In this document: in pieces, positions 1 through 8,412 of the stretch | How positions within the stretch are numbered: position 1 is the first letter of the stretch | How the letters are laid out: the number at the start of each line of letters is the position of its first letter | Source of the DNA: Telmatocola sphagniphila | GTDB lineage: Bacteria > Planctomycetota > Planctomycetia > Gemmatales > Gemmataceae | Assembly (NCBI RefSeq): GCF_018398935.1 | Contig: NZ_CP074694.1 | Span: 4,440,001-4,472,000, forward strand | DNA: 32,000 bases | Reading direction: 5' to 3' | Program-made: the position numbers and the translations under genes | The notes under the pieces: model-generated | What the model was told of the DNA's origin: nothing | What the model saw: only the letters and a program-made list of their open reading frames with translations | The model's database searches: none

Positions 1-2263
1 GAACGGCATCCGGTCCGGGGTGCGGCTTGAAGTGGGTTTTGAAGTACTGGAGGGTCTCCGCGGGTTGATTTAAGGCGAAGCCCAACGCGGCGTACCAGCG
101 AGTGGCGTCCTTTCCTTTCATGGCTTGATACATCTGATCGAAATTGGCGGGCGCAGGAGTCCGATAACGGGGAGACTGCGGATCGATATCCCAAAGTAGA
201 ATCACACCGCTTTCCAGAGCCGTGGCAAAGAAACGGGAATCGCCGGAAAACTCACAATCGTTCACCGAAGTGTTCTCTCCCGGTCGGCTATACAACCAGG
301 AGCGCACGATTTTGCCCGTCACGATCTCGGTCATCTGGATTTTCTGTTCGCCTGCATCGATGCTCAAGCAATAGCGGCCGTCCCGGGTGAAGGCCGCGCA
401 TTGAAGGCTGGGAACCACCGGATTCCAGGTTCGACTGCTCTGCAGATCGATCAACCGGGCGGCGATCTCGTTATTGAACAGGGTGTTATTGAGATTGTTC
501 AGAAATCGGCATTCCTTGCTGAAGGCTGCCCCGGGGCGTTTTTCGGCGGGGATTCTCTTCCCCGTTTCGGCATCGAAGTACAAGAGGGTATTCGGCTGAA
601 GCAGACAGGCGATGATTTTTCCATCATTGCTGAATGAAAAATCGCGGAAGTTGACCCGGCTCATTTCCACATCCAGAAGCTTCGCGGAGTCGCCCCGCAA
701 GACTGAAATCTTGCGATTCACAAAGTCCTGAAGCACGGCGGCCTGTCCATCGGCCGAGAGGACGATGGCCCCGGTATTCTCCGCTGGGAACTGACGGGTA
801 TTCAATCGCCGACCGCTGCGCAGATCGTAGTCGATTATCTGGTTCTCGGTCGTGATGGCGGCGAGTCGATTGCCTCCATCGATAAAATTGAAAGCATTGA
901 TCCCGCCATAAGGTTGCTGCGATTGTCTGGGGTGAAGATTCAGGTTGCTGTGAGTGCGAAACGTATAAGGGTTGCTGCCGCTTTCCCGTTCTTCCGCGAA
1001 ATGGGATTTGGGCCGCCAGCTCCAGATTCGCAAATTCTGGCTAGCGGCGGAGACCAGAAGCGGAAGCGTGGGATGAAACTTGAGCGAGGAAATCGTTTCG
1101 GTATGCCCCGGATCGATCAGCTCCCTGCCCGTGGCCCTATCCAGAAAGCGGATCACGCGCCCCAACTCGGTTGCAAAGGCAATTTTTTTACGATCCGGCG
1201 TGAAGGTCATGCAGCTGACGTTGCCCGAACCGTTGGTATTCCACTGTTTCCAGATCGGCTTGAAGGACGGGAACTCCGAAAGGCACAAGGCCCCGGAGAG
1301 ATCGACGAAGCAAATCTGCTTGTTGTCGATCATCGCGATGGGCACAAGATTCGTTCCATTATTCGCGTCCAACCGGGTGTCAAGTTGTTTGCGGACGATC
1401 ACCCGACCCCGACCTGCCGGATCGCGGTGCGGATTCGCAATCACCTGAAAGCCCTCGGGATAGCGGACGACCAGACTTTCTTCATCGGGCGTGAAGAAAA
1501 AGTGCAGCGGCTCCGAATGGCAATTGTGGACGGCATAGCGAAGCCGCCTGTTAGTCTCCAGATCCCAGAAAACAAAATCATTCGTGAAAGTTTCAAAGCC
1601 CTGATCGCGCGTTTCGACCATCGCGGCGAATCGACCGGAGTACGACAGGCTGCGCAAGACGTTCCCGTTCCACAAAAGTCGCTGCTCGAGCTTTTGAATC
1701 TTAAGAGGGGGGCCTACAGTAATTTTGGAGACTTCAATGCGCCCGCCCGCTCCATTGGGCGCATTGAGAAGCTCCATTTTCAAACCTATTTTCCCGTTAC
1801 CACTCAGCTCCATGAAGGAATTTCGGGGTTGGCTGTTGTCCTGGGACAGCAAATTCCGGGCTTTGCGGGTGCGCATATCGAACTGCAAGAGGTAGCCGGG
1901 TCCGTCGAGCGCCGTGAACACATAGCGGTCATCCAGGGAAGCTGCGACATGATTTCCCGAGAAGCCCATCCCTGGAAAGCCGATCTGGGATAGAGTTAAA
2001 TTCTTGCCGGTTTTTGCATCGAACTGTTCGAGTGCCGTGCCCGAGGACATGAGATATTGACCGTTGTGGGTGAAAAGTAAAGACTGGGAGGAATTGGCCA
2101 GACGCCAGCGATTCGAACCGAGCCGGGCGATGGCCCCCTCGGGCAGGAGATCCCCCTGGGCATCGCGCAACCGCGGGATCGAGGGCGAATTCTTCCCATT
2201 CTCCCCTTGCGGGACAGGTGGAATAAAGAGGGTGTTTACTATTACAATTAGGCTGATAAACAT
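1..2263 (-). CDS. WD40/beta-propeller repeat protein with N-terminal hydrophobic signal/TM segment; partial, 3' end runs off the left edge
   Basis: Absent from the ORF track because it has no stop inside the window. Hand translation of the minus strand starts at ATG 2263..2261, with a GGAGG Shine-Dalgarno at 2265..2269 (minus sense), and stays open to base 2. Product: MFISLIVIVNTLFIPPVPQGENGKN...RLGSNRWRL...LRIWSW...GVILLWDIDPQ...KGKDATRWYAALGFALNQPAETLQYFKTHFKP. WD-like strand endings (LRIWSW, ILLWDI) and repeated F[ST]xDG blades are present. The + strand ORFs 914..1993 and 1080..1448 are antisense shadows of this gene. Confidence 0.7.
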   Translation of the reverse strand, partial: MFISLIVIVNTLFIPPVPQGENGKNSPSIPRLRDAQGDLLPEGAIARLGSNRWRLANSSQSLLFTHNGQYLMSSGTALEQFDAKTGKNLTLSQIGFPGMGFSGNHVAASLDDRYVFTALDGPGYLLQFDMRTRKARNLLSQDNSQPRNSFMELSGNGKIGLKMELLNAPNGAGGRIEVSKITVGPPLKIQKLEQRLLWNGNVLRSLSYSGRFAAMVETRDQGFETFTNDFVFWDLETNRRLRYAVHNCHSEPLHFFFTPDEESLVVRYPEGFQVIANPHRDPAGRGRVIVRKQLDTRLDANNGTNLVPIAMIDNKQICFVDLSGALCLSEFPSFKPIWKQWNTNGSGNVSCMTFTPDRKKIAFATELGRVIRFLDRATGRELIDPGHTETISSLKFHPTLPLLVSAASQNLRIWSWRPKSHFAEERESGSNPYTFRTHSNLNLHPRQSQQPYGGINAFNFIDGGNRLAAITTENQIIDYDLRSGRRLNTRQFPAENTGAIVLSADGQAAVLQDFVNRKISVLRGDSAKLLDVEMSRVNFRDFSFSNDGKIIACLLQPNTLLYFDAETGKRIPAEKRPGAAFSKECRFLNNLNNTLFNNEIAARLIDLQSSRTWNPVVPSLQCAAFTRDGRYCLSIDAGEQKIQMTEIVTGKIVRSWLYSRPGENTSVNDCEFSGDSRFFATALESGVILLWDIDPQSPRYRTPAPANFDQMYQAMKGKDATRWYAALGFALNQPAETLQYFKTHFKPHPGPDAV

Positions 2264-2431
2264 ACCTCCCTTTTTAACCGATCCCCTGCAAGAACCCAAG
2301 GACAAATCGGATTATTCCATCCTTGACGGTGTTGCTTGTTGGGCAATTTGGAGAATGGCGGTTGATCTTTTGCCTATTTTTCGTCAATCATAATGCTTCC
2401 CAGTGATTTGATTACTTCTTCGAGGTTCTCC

Positions 2432-5400
2432 ATGCGGAAAGGTCTGTTCGCATTTTTGTGCAGCCTTGTATTTACAATCCCCATCCAGGCTCAAAGTGAA
2501 ACACTACTTCTGCGGTTCCCCGCCATTCACAACGATACGGTTGTTTTCAGTTATGCCGGGAATCTCTATACCGTCTCCGCGCAGGGGGGAATTGCCCGCA
2601 AATTGACCAGCCACGAAGGTTATGAGATTTTCCCGCGTTTCTCGCCGGACGGAAAGACGATTGCGTTCACCGGCCAGTACGATGGCAATACCGAAGTTTA
2701 TTCGATACCAGCCGAAGGAGGCATTCCCAAGCGTCTGACCTTCACGGCGACGCTCAGCCGGGACGATGTGTCCGACCGCATGGGCCCCAACAACGTGGTG
2801 ATGGGCTGGAAAAACGACGGTAAGAGCATCATCTACCGCGGCCGCATGGCCAGCTTCAACGACTTCATCGGTCAACTTTACACGGTCAGCACCGAGGGTG
2901 GCATGTCCGAACCGCTGCCGTTACCGCGCGGCGGCTTCGCTTCTTATTCTCCCAATGACAGCAAGCTGGCCTACAACCGCGTCTTCCGAGAATTCCGAAC
3001 CTGGAAGCGCTACCGCGGCGGCATGGCCGACGATGTCTGGATCTACGATTTCAAAACTAAGACTTCGGAACAGATCACCAATGTCGATGCCCAGGATATT
3101 TTCCCGATGTGGGCCGGCACGAAAATCTATTACCTCTCGGATCGCGATGAAAACAAACGATTCAACCTGTTCTGTTACGACACGGTCGCCAAGACGACCC
3201 GACAGGTCACCCACTTCAAGGATTACGACATCAAATTCCCTTCACTGGGGAACAAGGCCATCGTTTTCGAACTGGGTGGCGCCCTGTACAAGATGGATCT
3301 GGAATCGGAAAAAGCCGAGAAAATCACCATTCGCGTTCTGGATGACCTGAACACCGGTCGCAACGTGCTTAAGAACGTTTCGAAGGAAGTCACTAGTTTC
3401 AGCGTTTCGCCCGATGGCAAGCGGGCGGCGATCGGCGCTCGAGGCGAAATCTTCAGCGTCCCAGCCAATCAGGGCTTCACTCGCAATTTGACGAATTCGC
3501 CCGGCGTTCACGAACGCAATGCCGCCTGGTCCCCTGACGGCAAGTCGATTGCTTTCGTTTCGGATCAGAGCGGCGAAGATGAGATTTACACCATTCCCCA
3601 GGATGGCAGCGATAGCCCCAAGGCACTGACCAGCGGGGCCGACACCTACAAGTACGAGATCGATTACTCGCCCGATTCGAAGAAGATTCTCTGGAGCGAC
3701 AAGAAGCTTCGTCTGCAATTCGTCGACGTCGAGAGCAAAAAAGTGACGCAGGTGGTTCAAGCGAAGGATTTCGAAATTCGCGATTTCACCTGGAGCCCCG
3801 ACAGCAAGTGGATCGCCTATGCGAAACCCGAATCCGAAACGATGAACAAGATTTTTCTCTATTCGGTTGAGAAAAACACCACCACGGAAATTACCGATGG
3901 CTGGCAAGCCGCCTCGAACCCCTGCTTCAGCTCCGATGGCAAATGGCTGTTCTTCGTCTCGAGCCGGGATTTCAACCCCATTTATAGCAGCACGGAATGG
4001 AATCACGCTTATCTGGAAACCTCGCGGATCTATTTCGTGTCGCTGGCCAGCGACACCGAAAATCCCTTCAAGCCCAAATCGGATGAAGTGAACGAAAAAC
4101 CGGCCGCCTCCAAACCCAGCGAACCGCTTAACGTGAAAGTCGATCTGGACGGTATCAAAGATCGCGTGCTGAGCCTGCCGGTACCGGTCGCCAATTACAA
4201 TAATCTCCATTCCGCGGGCGGACTGCTCTACTACACCCGCGGCGGTTTCCGCATGCCACGATCCTTCCACGCCTACGATCTGGGCGGGAATAAGGAACTC
4301 AGTCTCGGTACCGTGGACAACTACGACATCTCCGCCGACGGCAAGAAGATGATGGTTTCCAAGGGCGGCAACTACGGCATCATCGATCTGCCCCGGGCCT
4401 CTTTCGAATTCAAGCACATGGATCTTTCGGGCCTGGAAGTCAAGCTCGATCGCCATGCCGAATGGAAGCAGATCTACTACGAATGCTGGCGACAGATGCG
4501 GGACTTCTTCTACGATCCCAATCTGCACGGCGTCGATTGGGTCGGCGTCAAAAAGAAGTATGAAGTTTTGCTGCCCTACGTTCAACATCGCTACGATCTG
4601 AGCTACCTCATCGGGGAAATGATCGGCGAATTGAACGCCGGGCATTGCTACGTCGGCGGCGGCGATGTCCCGGCTGTGACGAAAATTCCCATGGGTCTGC
4701 TGGGAGCTCAGTTGAAGCTGCATCCGGAAACCCGCTACGTTCAGGTGGCCAAGATCCTCAAGGGAGCCAACTGGAGCAAATCGCTACGTTCCCCTTTGAC
4801 GGAAATGGGTAACGAAGTCAAGGAAGGGGAATATATCGTCGCGGTGAATAATGTGCCGGTCAACGAAGTGAAGAGCATCTATGAACTGCTGATCAACACC
4901 GTCGACAAACCGGTTCAATTGAAGGTGAACAAAGAGCCGAATATGAAGGGCGCTCGCACGGTGACGGTGACTCCCATCGGCAACGAACACGATCTGTATT
5001 ACTATGACTGGGTGCAGGCCAACATCAAGAAGGTCAGCGAGGCCACCAATGGCAAAGTGGGCTACATTCATGTCCCCGATATGTCGCAGGTCGGCCTGAA
5101 CGAGTTCGTGAAGTACTACTATCCGCAGTTGGGCAAGAAAGCCTTGATCATCGACATGCGCGGCAACGGCGGCGGCAACGTCTCCCCCATGCTGATCGAC
5201 CGGCTGCGCCGGGAAATTGCCATGGTCGGTATCGCTCGCAACGCTCAGCCGACTGTCGATCCGGGAGGGACTTTCTACGGACCGATGTGCTGCCTGCTGA
5301 ATGAATACTCCGCTTCGGATGGCGACCTTTTCCCCTATCGCTTTAAGCACTACAAGCTGGGGCCACTGATCGGCAAGCGAAGCTGGGGCGGCGTGGTCGG

Positions 5401-5653
5401 CATTCGCGGTTCGCTACCTCTGTTGGATGGCGGCACGCTGAGCAAACCAGAGTTCAGCCGATTCGACGTGGCCGGTAAGGAATGGATTATCGAAGGTCAT
5501 GGCGTTGATCCGGATATCGTTCAGGATAACGATCCCGCCAAGGAATACGCCGGGATCGACCAGCAACTGAACAAGGCGATTGAGGTGATGCTGGAAAAAC
5601 TGAAGACGGACGAGAAGAAACTTCCTGCAATCCCCGTCTTCCCCAAACGCTGA
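2432..5653 (+). CDS. Secreted tricorn-protease-like S41 family peptidase (PD40 beta-propellers + PDZ + S41 catalytic domain)
   Basis: The track ORF is 2393..5653. I prefer ATG 2432, which has GAGG 6 nt upstream and a classic signal peptide (MRKGLFAFLCSLVFTIPIQAQS). Repeated PD40 motifs: FSPDGKTIAF, WSPDGKSIAF, YSPDSKKILW, WSPDSKWIAY, FSSDGKWLFF. A PDZ-like segment (VAKILKG...VKEGEYIVAVNNVPV) is followed by S41 motifs (LIIDMRGNGGGNVSP, NEYSASDGDLF, GKRSWGGVVGI). Confidence 0.85.
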   Translation: MRKGLFAFLCSLVFTIPIQAQSETLLLRFPAIHNDTVVFSYAGNLYTVSAQGGIARKLTSHEGYEIFPRFSPDGKTIAFTGQYDGNTEVYSIPAEGGIPKRLTFTATLSRDDVSDRMGPNNVVMGWKNDGKSIIYRGRMASFNDFIGQLYTVSTEGGMSEPLPLPRGGFASYSPNDSKLAYNRVFREFRTWKRYRGGMADDVWIYDFKTKTSEQITNVDAQDIFPMWAGTKIYYLSDRDENKRFNLFCYDTVAKTTRQVTHFKDYDIKFPSLGNKAIVFELGGALYKMDLESEKAEKITIRVLDDLNTGRNVLKNVSKEVTSFSVSPDGKRAAIGARGEIFSVPANQGFTRNLTNSPGVHERNAAWSPDGKSIAFVSDQSGEDEIYTIPQDGSDSPKALTSGADTYKYEIDYSPDSKKILWSDKKLRLQFVDVESKKVTQVVQAKDFEIRDFTWSPDSKWIAYAKPESETMNKIFLYSVEKNTTTEITDGWQAASNPCFSSDGKWLFFVSSRDFNPIYSSTEWNHAYLETSRIYFVSLASDTENPFKPKSDEVNEKPAASKPSEPLNVKVDLDGIKDRVLSLPVPVANYNNLHSAGGLLYYTRGGFRMPRSFHAYDLGGNKELSLGTVDNYDISADGKKMMVSKGGNYGIIDLPRASFEFKHMDLSGLEVKLDRHAEWKQIYYECWRQMRDFFYDPNLHGVDWVGVKKKYEVLLPYVQHRYDLSYLIGEMIGELNAGHCYVGGGDVPAVTKIPMGLLGAQLKLHPETRYVQVAKILKGANWSKSLRSPLTEMGNEVKEGEYIVAVNNVPVNEVKSIYELLINTVDKPVQLKVNKEPNMKGARTVTVTPIGNEHDLYYYDWVQANIKKVSEATNGKVGYIHVPDMSQVGLNEFVKYYYPQLGKKALIIDMRGNGGGNVSPMLIDRLRREIAMVGIARNAQPTVDPGGTFYGPMCCLLNEYSASDGDLFPYRFKHYKLGPLIGKRSWGGVVGIRGSLPLLDGGTLSKPEFSRFDVAGKEWIIEGHGVDPDIVQDNDPAKEYAGIDQQLNKAIEVMLEKLKTDEKKLPAIPVFPKR

Positions 5654-5673
5654 TAGATTGCCCGTATTTCGCT

Positions 5674-5713
5674 GCTCCCGGTTGGAAGTTCGCTTCGATC
5701 CGGGAGCTTTTTT
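5674..5713 (+). terminator. Rho-independent terminator after the protease gene
   Basis: GCTCCCGG (5674..5681) pairs with CCGGGAGC (5700..5707). The loop holds an inner GAAG-TTCG-CTTC mini-hairpin. A run of six T follows directly (5708..5713), 21 nt after the stop codon. Confidence 0.7.
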
Positions 5714-5919
5714 AATTCCTATCTCTCCATCGCACATTAAAAGAATCGGTTGGGATAAACGGCGCAATCTGGCCGCTTCCATTATCCGTATAAACACGAT
5801 CAAATTCTTGCCTCCGTCGTCCAATCTGCAGTTCGACTTGCGTCTTCCCGTCCGGCCGCTATAAGCGAAGAGTCAAAATAGGAATGGATTCCACTTCGGA
5901 AGTGGAAGGAGCCTCCCGA

Positions 5920-7155
5920 ATGGACTTGCGTGGGACATCCTTCGAATGGATTGCGGCTTTGCCGCTCGTTACCCTGTTGGCCGCGGGCTGTTGCACGCCC
6001 GGCACCGGTCAAACCAGCGGTATTAATAAAGAGCGTGAAAAAGACGCCATGGACCGCGCCAGCAAGGCGCTGGATAAACCAGACGACAACTCTGGCAACA
6101 AACTGACCGCGCGTTCGCAGTCACCGCCGGATCAACCGGCTCCGCTGGCCGCGCCCGCTCAACCGGCTCCGCAGGTGATCCAGCCGGTAGTGAATGAAGA
6201 ATTCAAAGCCGATCTGCAGGTTCGCGTGGTGGCTCGCTTCGGCGAGGCCGCCGTGTACGACCGGGAAGTGAAAGAAGTCGTCGCGCAGCGGGCGGGCGAA
6301 TTCTATCAACTGGTCGGCGATGCCCGTCGAACCAAAGAAAAGCAGATTTACTGGGAAGAGCTCAAGAAGTTGATCGATCGGGAACTGATCATCGACGAAT
6401 TAATGGTGAAGCTGAAGAAGGCCAAAAACGATAAGGCGCAGCAGGAAATCAAGAAGGTCGCGAAGGAAGAGGCCGACAAGAAGCTGAAGGAATATCGGAA
6501 GAATCGCAAGATCGATACCGAGGAAGAGTTCGTCAAACTACTCGATCTACAAGGGATCTCGCTGGCCGGCCTGCGCCGTCAGATCGAACGGGATTTCATC
6601 AAGAACATTTATCTGCAGGAATTGATGAAGCCCAAGAAGGAACTCATCAGCATTGCGGATATCCACGATTATTACGACAAGCACTCGGATGAATTCAAAG
6701 TCGAAGAGAGCGTGAAGTGGAACGATATGTTCATCAGCAAATCGATTTTCGACAACAGTAAACCAGGCGAGGCCCGCAAGTACGCGATGGCCATACTGGA
6801 ACATGTGAAGGCTGGCGAGGACTTCGCGAAACTCGGCGAGCAGTACGACAAGGGAGACAGCAAGTTCCGCAAGAGCATGGGAGCCGGGGAGAAGCGCGGA
6901 GAAATTCGGCCGCCGGAGTGCGAGGAAACGCTCTTTGCCCTGAAGCCGAACGAGTCTAAATTGATTGAAACCGACAACGGCTTCCACATTGTGAAAGTGG
7001 TGGAGCGGGTGTATCCCGGCTTGAGGCCCTTCAACGATAAACTCCAAGCGGAAATCCGCCGAAAACTCACCAACCAGATACTGGATAGTGAATATCAGCG
7101 GATTACGGATGCGCTATGGCGGCAGGCCCAGCCCCAGATTCTGATCGATCCCTAG
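5920..7155 (+). CDS. Peptidylprolyl isomerase, parvulin (PpiC) type with SurA-like N-terminal chaperone region; probable exported protein or lipoprotein
   Basis: The track ORF is 5884..7155. ATG 5920 has AAGGAG 8 nt upstream and starts a signal sequence ending in Cys (MDLRGTSFEWIAALPLVTLLAAGCC). The C-terminal parvulin signature is ...LKPNESKLIETDNGFHIVKVVER.... There is a Pro/Ala-rich linker and a long charged helical middle region, as in SurA/PrsA-like proteins. Confidence 0.75.
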   Translation: MDLRGTSFEWIAALPLVTLLAAGCCTPGTGQTSGINKEREKDAMDRASKALDKPDDNSGNKLTARSQSPPDQPAPLAAPAQPAPQVIQPVVNEEFKADLQVRVVARFGEAAVYDREVKEVVAQRAGEFYQLVGDARRTKEKQIYWEELKKLIDRELIIDELMVKLKKAKNDKAQQEIKKVAKEEADKKLKEYRKNRKIDTEEEFVKLLDLQGISLAGLRRQIERDFIKNIYLQELMKPKKELISIADIHDYYDKHSDEFKVEESVKWNDMFISKSIFDNSKPGEARKYAMAILEHVKAGEDFAKLGEQYDKGDSKFRKSMGAGEKRGEIRPPECEETLFALKPNESKLIETDNGFHIVKVVERVYPGLRPFNDKLQAEIRRKLTNQILDSEYQRITDALWRQAQPQILIDP

Positions 7156-7162
7156 ACCGGAA

Positions 7163-7657
7163 TTACAGGCCCGATTTTTTCTTGGCCTCGAGGATGGCCG
7201 CCGGGATCGTCTGAATCTTGGCGTCTTCCTTGAGTCCTGAAGTGGGAATCGCGGGAACGTTCTGCTTCTTCCCGGCATTCGCGCTGGCGTCGGCCTGGCT
7301 GAGAATGTCGCGGAGACTCTTGCGGAAGGAGTCGTACTGGTTCTGGAGGTCGTTCCGCTCGGCCGTACGCACGGCCAATTCGGTTTTCACCAGATTCAAT
7401 TCTTTAACGGTGGCCTGCAGACGATCGACTTCGGCCTGCAATTGGGCGCGCGATTCTTCTTCCATCATCAGCTTTTTGCGAAACTGGTCCCGTTGAGCGC
7501 TGGAGGTTTTGAAATCTTCTTCCAGACGGATGGTTTTGGCTTCCAGAGATTGCAGTCGTTCGGTCATCGCAACGCTGGCGGTGGTGCTGCGCGAGCAACC
7601 CCAGGCTCCGATGATCAGGGTGAACGTCAGGGCTAAATACAAATTCCAACGCTTCAT
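7163..7657 (-). CDS. Hypothetical exported coiled-coil protein
   Basis: 164-aa ORF with an N-terminal signal-like segment (MKRWNLYLALTFTLIIGAWGCS), then heptad-rich, Q/E/L/R-rich sequence. A GAGGG SD lies upstream. It is convergent with the PPIase gene with a 7-nt gap. I recognise no family. Confidence 0.55.
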   Translation of the reverse strand: MKRWNLYLALTFTLIIGAWGCSRSTTASVAMTERLQSLEAKTIRLEEDFKTSSAQRDQFRKKLMMEEESRAQLQAEVDRLQATVKELNLVKTELAVRTAERNDLQNQYDSFRKSLRDILSQADASANAGKKQNVPAIPTSGLKEDAKIQTIPAAILEAKKKSGL

Positions 7658-8003
7658 GGAGGGACCCTCGAATTTAGGTTAACCGACGGACAAAAATGTG
7701 TACATCGGGGAGCTGGGAAATTCTGGCAAAAGATTCCGTTCGGGAAGCTCCGTTACATCCTTCGCATTTTCTTTCGTCCATCGAAAGTTCTTTACTTCAT
7801 CCAAATTTGCTATTTTTTGTGATCGGCAATGTGAAGCGCCGCCAAGAAGGAAACTGACGATTTCGCGGATTATGATTCAAGAAGTGTAATGCGTAAGACC
7901 GTCAGGATCGTTGCTCTCGGCGCGGCCAGGAAGTGCTCGTGAACCCGAAGCGGGGCGGGAGGATCTATGAGTTTGGGTGGAGTTGTCCGAGGAAGTTATC
8001 GGG

Positions 8004-8031
8004 TTGACAAATCGAGGCATGAACGTAGGAT
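8004..8031 (+). promoter_or_regulatory. Sigma70-like promoter candidate for tRNA-Pro
   Basis: TTGACA (8004..8009), a 16-nt spacer, then TAGGAT (8026..8031), ending 14 nt before the tRNA 5' end. This is a pattern match only. Confidence 0.3.
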
Positions 8032-8045
8032 ATGCCTTCCAAATT

Positions 8046-8119
8046 CGGGCTGTAGCTCAGCTTGGTAGAGCGCTTGGTTCGGGACCAAGAGGTCGCAGGT
8101 TCAAATCCTGTCAGCCCGA
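8046..8119 (+). tRNA. tRNA-Pro (anticodon CGG)
   Basis: Hand-folded cloverleaf of 74 nt. Acceptor stem CGGGCTG/CAGCCCG, then U8 A9. D arm GCTC-AGCTTGGTA-GAGC. Anticodon arm CTTGG-TTCGGGA-CCAAG, giving anticodon CGG with G37 as expected for Pro. Variable loop AGGTC. T arm GCAGG-TTCAAAT-CCTGT. Discriminator A. CCA is not encoded. Confidence 0.9.
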
Positions 8120-8133
8120 CTGTTTTTTAAAAG

Positions 8134-8170
8134 AAGCCCTTCGGCGAGTACGTCGAAGGGCTTTCTCATT
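8134..8170 (+). terminator. Hairpin terminator downstream of tRNA-Pro
   Basis: AAGCCCTTCG (8134..8143) pairs with CGAAGGGCTT (8154..8163). The stem can extend by G-U, C-G and G-C around an AGTA tetraloop. The following tail TTTCTCATT is T-rich but weak. Confidence 0.55.
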
Positions 8171-8412
8171 GCTAAATAATGGGCGGGTATCACGGGTTGA
8201 TTTCGTTCAAAAGACTGGCTTCATTGCCATGATTTTTCATTGGATTTGACGTAACCTCTTTGTTAGCAAGTCGTTTTGAGGTTCAAATTCCGTTGTCCCT
8301 CTCATTACGACAAAATTGCAGTTCAGTGCGAGTACCTCCATTTCGGGTCAGTCGAGTGAGATGCGAATTCTCGCGTTCCAACTGTCCTTTATTGGGAGAT
8401 TGATCGTTTGAC

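Noticed and set aside
914-1993. 359-aa + strand ORF (with the nested 1080..1448 ORF)
   Set aside because: It is antisense to the hand-verified minus-strand WD40 gene (1..2263). The product is Arg/Gly/Pro-rich with no recognisable motif, which is typical of a shadow ORF in GC-biased coding DNA.
3242-4723. 493-aa minus-strand ORF inside the tricorn-like protease gene
   Set aside because: It lies entirely within a strongly supported + strand gene and has a low-complexity, motif-free translation. It is an antisense shadow. The same applies to 2504..2875, 2921..3214 and 4784..5350.
6132-6172. 14-bp direct repeat TCAACCGGCTCCGC x2 (6132..6145 and 6159..6172)
   Set aside because: It lies inside the PPIase coding region and simply encodes the repetitive Pro/Ala-rich linker (QPAPLAAPAQPAPQ). 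It is not an independent DNA element.
7658-8003. About 350-bp non-coding stretch upstream of the tRNA promoter, with small hairpins (for example GGAGCT...AGCTCC around 7714..7760), as a possible ncRNA
   Set aside because: It has only short, weak stems and no recognisable riboswitch or sRNA signature. The ORFs in it (7698..7889, 7977..8249) look spurious, and the latter runs through the tRNA.
8279-8299. AGGTTCAAAT... segment resembling the T-arm/3' end of tRNA-Pro, about 160 bp downstream of the tRNA (possible att remnant)
   Set aside because: Only 10 nt match exactly and the rest is degenerate. It lies on the wrong side and too close to delimit the 7-kb island, and no integrase is nearby. 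It could be chance.
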